Program-made: the position numbers and the translations under genes
Shown here: piece by piece, positions 1 to 9,825 of the stretch
Numbering within the stretch: position 1 is the stretch's first letter
Layout of the letters: each line of letters starts with the position of its first letter
The notes under the pieces: generated by a model
Database searches by the model: none
What the model was told of the DNA's origin: nothing
Seen by the model: only the letters and a program-made list of their open reading frames with translations
Origin: an uncultured Bacteroidales bacterium
GTDB lineage: Bacteria; Bacteroidota; Bacteroidia; Bacteroidales; VadinHA17
NCBI GenBank assembly: GCA_963789465.1
Contig: CAWBLL010000019.1
Span: 580,787-644,786 of the forward strand
Direction of reading: 5' to 3'
Length of the DNA stretch: 64,000 nucleotides

Positions 1-322
1 GGCCAATTTCCCGTGCAACATCAAGAACATGACTGAGGTCAGCAGATCCATCTTCCCCCGGAGGAGTTCCGACAGCAATAAATATTACATCCGATCCATC
101 AATCCCTTCCTTAAGTCCGGTCGTAAAAACCAGCCTGTTTTTCTCAACATTTCTTCTGATCATGTTCTCCAGCCCCGCTTCGTAGATTGGGATGGCTCCT
201 TCCCTGAGCATCCTTATTTTTTCACTGTCAACATCGACACATGTTACATTTACCCCGCTTTCGGCAAAGCATGCCCCTGTGACCAATCCAACATAACCGG
301 AACCAACAACTGCAATACGCAT
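1..322 (-). CDS. ugd: UDP-glucose / nucleotide-sugar 6-dehydrogenase, N-terminal 107 codons (C-terminus lies outside the window)
   Basis: Own reverse-complement translation from ATG at 322..320 gives [99 protein letters not shown]... It has the GSGYVG Rossmann NAD motif and the overall pattern of UDP-glucose dehydrogenases. It is absent from the ORF track because it runs off the edge; the listed 29..346(+) ORF is its antisense shadow. Confidence 0.85.
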   Translation of the reverse strand, partial: MRIAVVGSGYVGLVTGACFAESGVNVTCVDVDSEKIRMLREGAIPIYEAGLENMIRRNVEKNRLVFTTGLKEGIDGSDVIFIAVGTPPGEDGSADLSHVLDVAREIG

Positions 323-362
323 ATATTTTTTGAATTATTTTCTTAAAGTAGCTTCATTTGTG

Positions 363-370
363 CAAAGATA
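363..370 (-). promoter_or_regulatory. Bacteroidota-type -7 promoter box (TAnnTTTG) upstream of ugd
   Basis: The plus strand reads CAAAGATA, which is TATCTTTG on the minus strand. It lies 41 nt upstream of the ugd ATG and matches the published Bacteroides sigma-A -7 consensus TAnnTTTG. Confidence 0.4.
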
Positions 371-403
371 ATATAACAAGTTAAATACGAAAATAATTAA
401 GTC

Positions 404-461
404 GGCATCTGGCGTCTGTTTTAGAGTCTGTCATCTGATACCTGCCGCCTGCCGCCTGACG
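404..461. repeat. Two-block heptamer repeat: GGCATCT GGCGTCT, a 23-nt spacer, then CCTGCCG CCTGCCG CCTGACG
   Basis: Read directly from the sequence: heptamers at 404-410, 411-417, 441-447, 448-454 and 455-461. The same architecture, expanded, occurs at 41235-41361. Confidence 0.7.
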
Positions 462-521
462 TATGACAATTTAAACCTCATGAAAATCCGTCTTTAATTA
501 GGCCTGTTTTAAAAAAAGTCC

Positions 522-529
522 TATCTTTG
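522..529 (+). promoter_or_regulatory. Bacteroidota-type -7 promoter box (TATCTTTG) upstream of rpsA
   Basis: TATCTTTG matches TAnnTTTG. It lies 65 nt upstream of the ATG at 594. No clean TTTG -33 element was seen. Confidence 0.4.
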
Positions 530-593
530 CAACCAATTTTTCCAACAAAATAATGTCTAACTTATTAATTATTAGTTCTTTTAATTTAAAATT

Positions 594-884
594 ATGACTG
601 AAAAAAAGAAATCAGCTGGAAAAGAGGAAGCTGAAAAGATTGATGGTCCTGTAAAACAGGTAAAAAAAGTAAAAGCTAAAGAACTCCTGGCAGATGAAGA
701 ACTTGAGTCTTTAGATTCAGAACAGATTATTGATCCGGTTGCTGAAACGGAAGAAGAAACAGAGTCAGAAGAAGCAGCCAGCGATATAATCACCGCCGAA
801 ACTTACGGTTTTGAACCGGAAGCAAAGAAAGAAAAAAAAGCTGTGAATCAACGTGGAAGATCTGGAGCCGGAAGCAGAAGATGA
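594..884 (+). CDS. Glu/Lys-rich acidic ORF, probably a frame-broken N-terminal extension of ribosomal protein S1
   Basis: The ATG lies in an AT-rich context downstream of a -7 box. The product is low-complexity acidic (ETEEETESEEAAS...EPEAKKEKK). It overlaps the rpsA frame, whose first residues (EDLEPEAEDETE) continue the same composition. A 1-nt indel between about 847 and 853 would fuse the two. Confidence 0.4.
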   Translation: MTEKKKSAGKEEAEKIDGPVKQVKKVKAKELLADEELESLDSEQIIDPVAETEEETESEEAASDIITAETYGFEPEAKKEKKAVNQRGRSGAGSRR

Positions 885-2703
885 AACTGAGATCACAGGG
901 GGAAAAAGACACATAGCTACAGCCGAGGAATTTGACTGGGAAGCTTTTGAAAATGAAGAATCACGCAATGCTCCCAAATACAAGGAGTATGAATCGATGT
1001 ATGATGAAACGCTTTCTACAGTTGCTGTCGATGAAGTGGTTATCGGTACGGTAATTCAGATGACTTCACGTGAGGTTGTCATTAATATCGGTTACAAATC
1101 GGAAGGCGTTGTGAGCCTTAATGAATTCCGTTATAATCCAGGACTTAAGGTAGGAGACACGGTTGAGGTTTATGTAGAAAGTCAGGAGGACAAAAAAGGA
1201 CAACTGCTGCTTTCACATAAAAAAGCGCGTGCTATCAATTCATGGGACAGGGTCAATGCTTCTCTTGAGAAGGATGAGATCATAACCGGCTATATCAAAT
1301 GCCGTACTAAAGGTGGTATGATAGTTGACGTATTCGGCATCGAGGCTTTCCTTCCCGGATCACAGATTGATGTCAAGCCAATCCGCGATTATGATGTATT
1401 TGTAGGCAAGACCATGGAATTCAAAGTTGTGAAAATCAACCAGGAATTCAAGAATGTGGTAGTTTCTCACAAGGCTCTTATCGAAGCTGAGCTTGAACAG
1501 CAGAAAAAAGAGATCATTGCCAAACTTGAAAAAGGACAGGTTCTTGAGGGAACCGTTAAAAATATAACTTCCTATGGTGTGTTCATTGACCTCGGAGGCG
1601 TAGACGGATTAATTCATATTACCGATCTGTCATGGGGAAGAGTCAATCACCCTGAAGAGATCGTAAAACTTGATCAGAAACTTAATGTTGTAATTCTCGA
1701 TTTTGATGATGACAAGAAGAGAATTGCCCTTGGTCTGAAACAGCTTACTTCACATCCATGGGATTCCGTTGATCCTAATATGAACATTGGGGATAAAGTA
1801 AAGGGGAAAGTAGTAGTGATGGCCGACTATGGTGCATTTGTCGAAATAGCTCCTGGAGTCGAAGGTCTTATACACGTATCGGAAATGTCATGGTCGCAGC
1901 ATCTCCGCAGTGCGCAGGAATTTCTGAAGGTTGGTGATGAAATTGAAGCTGTAATACTTACACTTGACAGGAATGAAAGAAAGATGTCGCTTGGCATCAA
2001 ACAGCTGAAGCCTGATCCATGGCAGAACATTGATGAGAAATACGCCATTGGAGCCAGACATATTGCCAAAGTCAGAAACTTCACCAACTTCGGTGTCTTT
2101 GTCGAGATTGAGGAAGGCGTTGACGGACTTATACATATCTCAGATCTGTCGTGGACAAAGAAGATCAAGCATCCTGCAGAATTCACATCCATCGATGCTG
2201 AAATCGAAGTTGTTGTTTTGGAAATTGACAAGGAAAACAGGCGTCTCAGCCTGGGTCATAAACAACTTGAGGAGAATCCCTGGGATGTATTCGAAACTTT
2301 ATTCACTCTCGATTCAGTTCATGAAGGAACTGTTGTTGAGGTTTTCGATAAAGGCGCTGTGGTGGCTCTCCCGTATGGTGTTGAGGGATTTGTTTCCCCG
2401 AAACATCTTGTTAAGGAAGATGGCCTGATGGCTAAAGTAGACGAAAAAATGATGTTCAAGGTTATTGAATTCAATAAATCGGCAAAGAAGATCATAGTTT
2501 CACACAGCAGGGTATATGAAGACGAAAAGAAAGCTGCTGAAGCTCCGGTAAAAAATTCAGAACCGGTTTCCCAGAAAAAAACGGCAAAAAAAGCAAAATC
2601 TCCTTCTGAAAAGACTACACTCGGTGATATAACACAACTTGCAGCCCTGAAAGAAGAAATGGAAGAAAAAGAGAATAAAGCAAGCCGTAAATTGAAAAAT
2701 TGA
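853..2703 (+). CDS. rpsA: 30S ribosomal protein S1 (six S1/OB repeats)
   Basis: 616-aa ORF with the FDWEAFE N-terminal motif typical of Bacteroidota S1. It has repeated S1 domains (GTVIQMTSREVVINIGYKSEGVV, GYIKCRTKGGMIVDV, GTVKNITSYGVFIDLGGVDGLIHITD, GKVVVMADYGAFVEIAPGVEGLIHVSE and others). The listed start is a GTG; the true start may be the ATG at 594 (see the finding). Confidence 0.93.
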   Translation: MEDLEPEAEDETEITGGKRHIATAEEFDWEAFENEESRNAPKYKEYESMYDETLSTVAVDEVVIGTVIQMTSREVVINIGYKSEGVVSLNEFRYNPGLKVGDTVEVYVESQEDKKGQLLLSHKKARAINSWDRVNASLEKDEIITGYIKCRTKGGMIVDVFGIEAFLPGSQIDVKPIRDYDVFVGKTMEFKVVKINQEFKNVVVSHKALIEAELEQQKKEIIAKLEKGQVLEGTVKNITSYGVFIDLGGVDGLIHITDLSWGRVNHPEEIVKLDQKLNVVILDFDDDKKRIALGLKQLTSHPWDSVDPNMNIGDKVKGKVVVMADYGAFVEIAPGVEGLIHVSEMSWSQHLRSAQEFLKVGDEIEAVILTLDRNERKMSLGIKQLKPDPWQNIDEKYAIGARHIAKVRNFTNFGVFVEIEEGVDGLIHISDLSWTKKIKHPAEFTSIDAEIEVVVLEIDKENRRLSLGHKQLEENPWDVFETLFTLDSVHEGTVVEVFDKGAVVALPYGVEGFVSPKHLVKEDGLMAKVDEKMMFKVIEFNKSAKKIIVSHSRVYEDEKKAAEAPVKNSEPVSQKKTAKKAKSPSEKTTLGDITQLAALKEEMEEKENKASRKLKN

Positions 2704-2732
2704 TTAAATTTAGGCTATCAAAACTTATTATT

Positions 2733-3071
2733 ATGTATTTCAATATTGAGAGCCGGAATAACAGTACAGTTATTCAAATACAGTCAGAAAAGCTTGACAC
2801 GCACATTGCTCCTGCTCTTAAGTCGGAACTGGTGCTCGTATCAGGAAAGGGTCAGAAAAATATCATCCTTGATCTTGAAAAGTGTCAGTACTGCGATTCC
2901 TCAGGATTGAGTGCTATTTTGGTAGCTAACAGGTTATGTAAGAATGCAGGTGGTATGTTTGTCCTGTGTGGCCTTAATGAGGCTGTCGAACGGCTTATCA
3001 CTATTTCTCAGCTGGATACTGTTCTGACTATAACAGTTTCGGTTGATGAAGCTGAAAAAATGATATCTTAA
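2733..3071 (+). CDS. STAS-domain protein (anti-sigma-factor antagonist / SpoIIAA-like)
   Basis: MYFNIESRNNSTVIQIQSEKLDTHIAPALKSEL...LDLEKCQYCDSSGLSAILVANR has the STAS fold pattern with the conserved DSSG phospho-serine motif. ATG at 2733 chosen within the 2700 ORF. Confidence 0.8.
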   Translation: MYFNIESRNNSTVIQIQSEKLDTHIAPALKSELVLVSGKGQKNIILDLEKCQYCDSSGLSAILVANRLCKNAGGMFVLCGLNEAVERLITISQLDTVLTITVSVDEAEKMIS

Positions 3072-3095
3072 AACGGGACTGCCCTGCAGAATGCA

Positions 3096-3996
3096 ATGAA
3101 ACTGACTATTCTGGGTAGTAGTTCTGCATTACCGACATCAGAAAGATATCCATCCGCTCATGTGCTTAACGTACATGAGCGTTTGTTTTTGATAGACTGT
3201 GGTGAAGGTACCCAGATGCAGCTCAGAAAGAACCGGATCAGGCTTTCAAAGATCAACAATGTTTTTATAAGCCACCTGCACGGCGATCATATCTTCGGTC
3301 TCTACGGCTTATTGTCCACATTCAGCCTTATGGGCAGAAAAACACCTCTGCGCCTGCATGCGCCGGAAAAATATAAAAATATACTTGCACTCACATCTTC
3401 TGGATTTTGATGTTCATCTCAGCTTTGAAATCGATTTTGTTCCTCTGACCGGCAAGGATCCGGCCCTGATCTTTGAGGATAAAAATATCACAGTGACCTC
3501 CTTCCCCCTTCTGCACCGAATACCCTGTTTCGGATTTCTCTTCCGGGAAAAAACGGCAGATAGAAATATTATAAGAGAGTGCATTGAAAAATATAATATT
3601 CCGCAGGTCAGGATCCCTTCCATCAAGAAAGGCGCTGATTTTGTAACAGCAGAAGGAAAGATAATTAAAAATGAAGAGCTGACGATTCCTCCTCCTGAAC
3701 CACTCTCATATGCTTATTGCAGCGATACAAAATATTTCAGGAGGCTGCCGGATTTTGTCAGGGGAGTGACCCTGCTGTATCATGAAGCTACTTTTGACAT
3801 GAGCCTGTCAGCACTGGCAGAGACTACAGGCCATTCAACCACTCTCGATGCCGCCCGAACAGCCCTGGAAGCAGGAGCCGGTAGCCTTATTATCGGGCAT
3901 TTTTCAGCTCGCTACAAAAATACAGGCCCCCTGGTTGATGAAGCAAAAACAATTTTCACAAATACCTATGCCGGCCATCGACAGCAGGAGTTATGA
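3096..3996 (+). CDS. rnz: Ribonuclease Z (metallo-beta-lactamase fold), reading frame broken near 3367-3379
   Basis: MKLTILGSSSALPTSERYPSAHVL...IDCGEGTQMQL...ISHLHGDHIFGLYGLL (HxHxDH motif) continues in ORF 3358..3996 (...LLYHEATF...GHST...IGHFSARY). The two ORFs overlap at two A5 runs. The extreme C-terminus may also shift into the 3848..4042 frame. Confidence 0.88.
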
Positions 3997-4069
3997 TGTG
4001 CGCAATCTTATAAATCCATTGGAAAAGAATAGTTATCTTTGAAGCCAATTATTTTTTAACACAAATGTT

Positions 4070-5602
4070 TTGCAGGAAAAAATTTTAATACTCGATTTTG
4101 GATCTCAGTATACTCAGCTTATTGCCAGAAGGATAAGAGAGATTAATGTTTATTGTGAAATTTATCCCTTCAACCATTTCCCTTTACCTGACACTGAGTG
4201 TCAAGGGTGTTATCCTGTCGGGAAGCCCCGCTTCAGTTAGGGATAAAAATGCACCTGTGCCTGATCTGTCAGTCCATCAAGGGACATATTCCCCTGCTCG
4301 GGGTATGCTATGGTGCACAGCATCTGGTGCATAACTATGGTGGAGAAGTTTCAGCTTCAAATTCAAGGGAGTATGGCAGGGCTAACCTGGTATCGATTGA
4401 TCCTGACGATCCGCTTTTTGCCAATATCAAACCGGGTACACAGGTGTGGATGTCACATGCTGATACCATTACTTCCATTCCTGAAGGCTATGAAATAACC
4501 GGTTCCACATCAGACGTGAAAGCCGGAGCTTTTCATATCAAGGGTGAAAATACCTGGGGGATACAGTTTCATCCTGAGGTTTACCATACAACTGAAGGCA
4601 CCAGGATACTTGAGAATTTTGTGGTAGGTATATGCGGTTGTTCACAGGACTGGACTCCTGACTCATTTGCAGAAACATCTGTTACAGGCCTCAGGGAGCT
4701 TCTTGGGAACGATAAGGTTATCCTCGGCCTTTCAGGTGGTGTAGACTCATCTGTTGCCGCTTTTCTTCTGCATAAGGCTATAGGAAAAAACCTTACCTGT
4801 ATTTTTGTGGATAACGGACTGCTTCGCAAGAATGAATATGATAAAGTGCTTGATTCCTACCTGGGACTAGGCCTCAATGTTATAGGCGTGGATGCAGGCG
4901 ACAGATTCCTCGGGCAGCTGAAGGGTATAAGCGACCCGGAGACAAAACGGAAGATAATAGGGCGGGTATTCATCGAAGTGTTTGACGAAGAGGCCGGAAA
5001 AGTAAAGGATGTACGATGGCTGGCACAGGGTACAATATATCCTGATGTGATTGAATCTGTTTCGGTAAATGGTCCTTCGGCAACAATAAAATCGCATCAT
5101 AATGTAGGTGGCCTTCCTGAAAAGATGCATATGTAAGGTTGTAGAACCCCTGCGGCTTCTTTTTAAGGATGAAGTCAGAAGGGTTGGAAAGGCACTTGGT
5201 CTTCCTGAATTCATACTGAAGCGCCATCCCTTTCCCGGTCCTGGCCTTGCAATCAGACTGCTCGGTAAAATGACCAGGGAAAAGCTGGAGATACTCAAGG
5301 AAGCCGATGATATCTTTATAGAGAACCTGAAAAAACATGGACTATACGATTCAGTCTGGCAGGCAGCCGTGATATTGCTGCCTGTTCAGTCAGTAGGAGT
5401 AATGGGCGATGAAAGGACTTATGAAAACGCTGTTGTTCTGAGGGCAGTCACCTCAACAGATGGAATGACTGCAGACTGGTCACAGCTGCCTTATGAGTTC
5501 CTTGCAACAGTTTCAAGTGAAATAATTAACAGGGTGAAAGGGATAAACAGGGTCGTATATGATATCAGCTCAAAGCCCCCTTCAACAATAGAATGGGAGT
5601 AA
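4070..5602 (+). CDS. guaA: GMP synthase (glutamine-hydrolysing), at least three frame breaks
   Basis: TTG 4070 gives [35 protein letters not shown]. Frame 2 (4146 ORF) gives [22 protein letters not shown]. Frame 3 (4198 ORF) gives [13 protein letters not shown]...REYGRA and the [11 protein letters not shown]-loop. Frame 4 (5108 ORF) gives [18 protein letters not shown]...PPSTIEWE. The breaks are near 4195, 4270 and 5128. An alternative start is the ATG at 4065 if the A6 run at 4077-4082 is miscounted. Confidence 0.92.
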
Positions 5603-5829
5603 CGGTGAGATAATATTAAGGATACACGATATAAGAATAAAATCTGCAGAAGCTGATCTTTCTGGTTATTGAACTCTTTCCGGAATTTAAGATTCAAACA
5701 ATTGTAGAGAACATTACGATCAAATTATCGTTATACTGTTGTTCCAATAAATATTTTTAACGTTTTACAGGGTAACCGGTAAGATTAATGTGCTGGTTAT
5801 GGTTCCTTTGTAATAGAAAACAGACAAGA

Positions 5830-7432
5830 ATGAAAAAAATTATCAAAATTAAGGTGCTTGCAGGAATAATTTTTTTATTGTTCTCAATATCTGCTTCATC
5901 ACAGATTCTTAATGAAGAGACATTCAAATTAGGCCGGACTCTTAGCCTTATTGAATCCTATTATGTTGATTCCGTTGATCTGGGAGAGCTGACAGAAAAA
6001 GCTATAATTGAGATTCTTAAAAATCTCGATCCTCATTCCACATATATATCTGCAAAAGATGTGAAGGAGATGAATGAGCCCCTTAATGGAAATTTTGAGG
6101 GAATAGGAATCCAGTTCAATATCTTGAACGATACCATATTCGTTATCGAACCCATTGGGGGAGGTCCTTCGGAAAAAGTCGGACTAAAGTCAGGTGACCG
6201 CATATTGACCATAGATAAGGAAAAAGTTGCAGGGATTAATATTACCACTGCCGGAGTACGCAGCAGACTCATGGGGCCAAAGGGTACAAAGGTTGATATA
6301 ACAGTTCTGAGAAGGGGGTTAAATGATCTTCTCGATTTTACGATTATCAGGGACAAAATACCAATTTACAGTCTGGATGCTGCTTATATGTTAAACAAAG
6401 AGACAGGTTATATCAAGCTTAATAAATTTGCTGCGACAACAGATAAGGAATTTTCGGATGCAGTTGCTTCACTTCAGAAAAAAAATATGCAGAACCTTGT
6501 TCTTGACCTGAGAGGTAACGGGGGAGGCTATATGCTGGCAGCCACTGCCATTGCAGATAAGTTCTTTCGCGATAAACGGCTGATTGTATATCTTGAGGGA
6601 AGGAAGACACCACGGCAGGATTACAACTCACAAGGAAACGGCATCTTTATCGTCTGCACGTGTTGTGGTTCTCACCGACGAAGGGTCTGCATCAGCGAGT
6701 GAGATTCTGGCAGGAGCACTTCAGGACTGGGACAGGGCAGTTATTGTGGGGAGACGGACCTTTGGAAAAGGGCTTGTGCAGAATGGATTCTATCTCACTG
6801 ACGGGTCAATGATCAGGCTTACAGTGGCCAGATACTTTACCCCATCAGGAAGATCAATACAGAGGACCTACAAGGAGGGCTATGACAAATACATGGAGAA
6901 TTTCTATAAAAGATTTACTGACGGCGAGCTTATCACCGCCGACAGCACTCATCTTCCCGATTCCCTGAAATATCAGACTCTGATAAATAAGAGGACTGTT
7001 TATGGCGGTGGCGGGATAATGCCCGACGTTTTTGTGGGGATAGACACACTTGATTACACACCCTATTTCAGAAAACTGGGCGCCAGGAACGTCCTTAATT
7101 CATTTGGCCTGGATTATTATGACAAAAACAGGACAATTCTGACAACCCGCTACAAGACTTTTGAGGATTTCAAAAAGAACTTTTCCTTTACTCCCGAAGA
7201 TATCAGTAATTTTATTGCCTTGGGTGAAAAGGATGGCATTCCATATGATGAAAAGGAGTTCAATACTTCCAGAAATGAGATTTTATTGATAATGAAGGGT
7301 CTTATAGCGTCAAATATCTGGGAAATAGGAGAATACTACCAGATAATAAATCAGAATGACAAAGTGATAGACAAAGCTGTGGAAGTAATTTCGAACAGTA
7401 AGAACTACAATTCAATTCTCGGATATAAATAA
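5830..7432 (+). CDS. S41-family carboxy-terminal processing peptidase (PDZ domain), frame break near 6645
   Basis: It has a signal peptide ([25 protein letters not shown]), a PDZ segment ([20 protein letters not shown]), DLRGNGGG, and then in the second [25 protein letters not shown]...[10 protein letters not shown]. These are the S41 Ser/Lys catalytic motifs. Confidence 0.88.
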
Positions 7433-7449
7433 GGGCTGGAAGGATTAAA

Positions 7450-8593
7450 ATGAAGTTTGTTGCGAAGACGCTTTATGGGCTTGAGACAGTACTCGCCGGA
7501 GAAGCTTGAAGTTCTTGGTGCAACAGATATTGAAAAAGTGAACCGGGCTGTAACATTCTGTGGCGGCAAGGATCTGCTGTACAGGGTCAATTACTGCTCC
7601 AGGACAGCGCTCTCTGTTTTAATGAAGGTTGCCGATTTCAGGATCAGGTCACGTGACGACCTTTACAGAGAAGGCCTCAGGATAGAATGGGAGAGATACC
7701 TTGATCCCTCCATCACTTTTTCGATAGTTCCGGTTGTTAATTCACCACATTTCACTCATACCGGTTACCCGGGCCTTGTATTGAAAGACTCAATTGCCGA
7801 TTATTTCAGAAAAAAGTCAGGCAAAAGACCTTCTGTCAGCACTGCCGACCCGGGAATAGTTATAAACCTTCATATTAGTAACGATAACGTTACTGTGTCG
7901 GTTGATTCCTCGGTTATACCCCTGTTCAAACGGGGATACAGGAAGGAACAGGCAGTCGCGCCGCTAAATGAGGTGCTGGCTGCCGGCATCCTGCTTATTT
8001 CCGGATGGAACACTTCTGGGCCGCTTCTTGATCCTATGTGTGGTTCCGGAACAATTCCGGTCGAAGCCGCTCTGATGGCCTGTAACATAGCTCCCGGCAA
8101 GTTCAGGAAGTTTTTCGGATTTCAAAGATGGAAAGATTATGATGAGGATCTATTCCATAATATTAAAAATGAAGCTGATAACAACATTATTCAACCTGCA
8201 ATGAAGATAGCTGGCAGTGATATTTCTGAAATAGCCGTCGCCCAGGCCAGGAGCAATGTTGAGATGGCTGGACTGAGGGAGGTTATTTCTCTCAATGTAG
8301 CTGATTTCAGATCCCTTAAAGCCGATTCCGATAATGGCTTCCTGTTCCTGAATCCTCCCTACGGAGAAAGGCTTCAGCCTGATGAAACCGATGAGCTGTA
8401 TAGCATGATAGGTACAACCCTGAAGCACAATTTTCCCGGGACGACAGCATGGCTGATAACATCGAACAGGGATTCCCTGAAGCAGGTGGCTCTCAAACCT
8501 GCGGCAAAATATACACTTTTCAATGGCGCCCTGGAATGTAGCCTCCTGAATTATAAGATGTATGCCGGATCAAAGAAAACAGTCCATACATGA
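7450..8593 (+). CDS. THUMP-domain class I SAM-dependent RNA methyltransferase (RlmL / COG0116-like), frame break near 7501-7504
   Basis: ATG 7450 gives MKFVAKTLYGLETVLAGE and then hits a stop. The sequence continues in ORF 7457 as LEVLGATDIEKVNRAVTF... with motif I DPMCGSGTI and motif IV NPPYGER. Confidence 0.85.
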
Positions 8594-8709
8594 GACACCC
8601 TTTTTTGCCCATTAATCACCACAATCAGATACGTTTATCAAAATCAGGATGGAATATTTGATATTCCGGTGAGATGCAATGTATAAATTTGGTAACTTCA
8701 TATTTTTAT

Positions 8710-8717
8710 TATATTTG
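8710..8717 (+). promoter_or_regulatory. Bacteroidota-type promoter: -7 box TATATTTG with TTTG at 8688-8691
   Basis: TAnnTTTG lies 39 nt upstream of the ATG at 8756. A TTTG sits 18 nt further upstream, close to the published -33/-7 spacing. Confidence 0.45.
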
Positions 8718-8755
8718 TTATTGAAAAACCTGACTGCACCAAAAATGGAGCTTCC

Positions 8756-9314
8756 ATGAGCTTTAATGTAGAAAATTATTTTTCAGAGAAGTCGGATGGT
8801 AATATTATACTTTTCTATAAGGGTAATGTTGATTCGGAATTAATAAATCATGTTCTGGACACAGTCGAGGATAAGATGGTTGCAGTTAATGGAACAGTCA
8901 AGACTTCGAAAAAAAGTTTATAATGTACTCGTTGAAAGCCTTCAGAATTTGTATCATCATGTTGATAAGGTACCCGCCGATTTCGACGATCAGAGCGCTG
9001 AAAAATATGGCATGCTCGCAGTAAAAAAGGTTGAAACCGGATACAGGATAATCACCGGGAACTTTGTGAATATTGACAATGTTGAAAAGCTTGAAGAGAA
9101 AATCAAGCGTATTAACAGGTCGAGTCACGAAGAGATAAAGGAACTGTACAAATTCATCCTGAACCACCAGCGGATATCCGCCAAGGGAGGAGGAGGACTC
9201 GGCCTTGTTGATATTGCCAGAAAAACGGGTAACAAGCTGGAATATTCATTCAGGCATTACAATGATATATATTCGTTTTTCTATCTTGACATACTTGTAG
9301 ACGAAGATAACTAA
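8756..9314 (+). CDS. SiaB-family (GHKL / anti-sigma-type) protein kinase, frame break in an A7 run at 8909-8915
   Basis: MSFNVENYFSEKSDGNIILFYKGNVDSELINHVLDTVEDKMVAVNGTVKTSKK continues in ORF 8850 as VYNVLVESLQNLYHH...ISAKGGGGLGLVDIARKTGNKLEYSF. The latter contains a G2-box of the HATPase_c fold. Size and partner gene match SiaB-family kinases. Confidence 0.7.
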
Positions 9315-9336
9315 TTAATAAATAAACATTATACAT

Positions 9337-9717
9337 ATGGAACCGATCGTAATCGAGGGAACCCCCAAAACTCCGACAATTAAATTTGACTCAGGACAGG
9401 GTGTCTTTGAAATCAAGGGGAGATCAATTCCTGAAAATTCCGTTGAATTCTACAAGCCGCTTGTCGACTGGCTCGACTCATATAAAGAGTCACCGCTTCC
9501 AAAGACTGTTGTGAATATTCGTCTTGAATATTTTAATACAAGCTCTTCAAAATGTATTCTCGATGTGTTCAAAAAGCTGGAGGCAATACATAAGGCCAAA
9601 AATGAAGTGGAGGTGAACTGGTTTTATGAGGAGGATGATGAGGATATGCTTGAGGCCGGAGAGGACTATGAATCTATCATAAGAGTCCCGTTCAAAATGA
9701 TTGAGATCGTGGAATGA
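9337..9717 (+). CDS. DUF1987 / SiaC-family regulatory phosphoprotein
   Basis: 126 aa: MEPIVIEGTPKTPTIKFDSGQGVFEIKGRSIPENSVEFYKPLVDWL...IRLEYFNTSSSKCILDVF...NWFYEEDDEDMLEAGEDY. This is the characteristic DUF1987 pattern. It lies 22 nt after the kinase gene. Confidence 0.75.
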   Translation: MEPIVIEGTPKTPTIKFDSGQGVFEIKGRSIPENSVEFYKPLVDWLDSYKESPLPKTVVNIRLEYFNTSSSKCILDVFKKLEAIHKAKNEVEVNWFYEEDDEDMLEAGEDYESIIRVPFKMIEIVE

Positions 9718-9761
9718 CGGTCATCCGTTATTCTTTCTTACTGGGTCGGTTGTCCCGGAAT

Positions 9762-9805
9762 AAAAATGATGAGGCTGTCTCTATGCAGGCAGCCTCATCA
9801 TTTTT
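9762..9805. terminator. Bidirectional rho-independent terminator between convergent genes
   Basis: AAAAATGATGAGGCTG...CAGCCTCATCATTTTT forms a 16-bp perfect stem flanked by an A-run and a T-run. It sits between the stop at 9717 (+) and the stop at 9826 (-). Confidence 0.8.
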
Positions 9806-9825
9806 AACATGGGTTCATACCCTTT

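Noticed and set aside
29-346. 105-aa plus-strand ORF at the left edge
   Set aside because: It is the antisense shadow of a clear ugd N-terminus on the minus strand ([12 protein letters not shown]...). Its own product has no protein-like features.
4146-5602. ORFs 4146..4334, 4198..5136 and 5108..5602 as separate genes
   Set aside because: Their translations are consecutive segments of a single GMP synthase, so they are fragments created by frame breaks.
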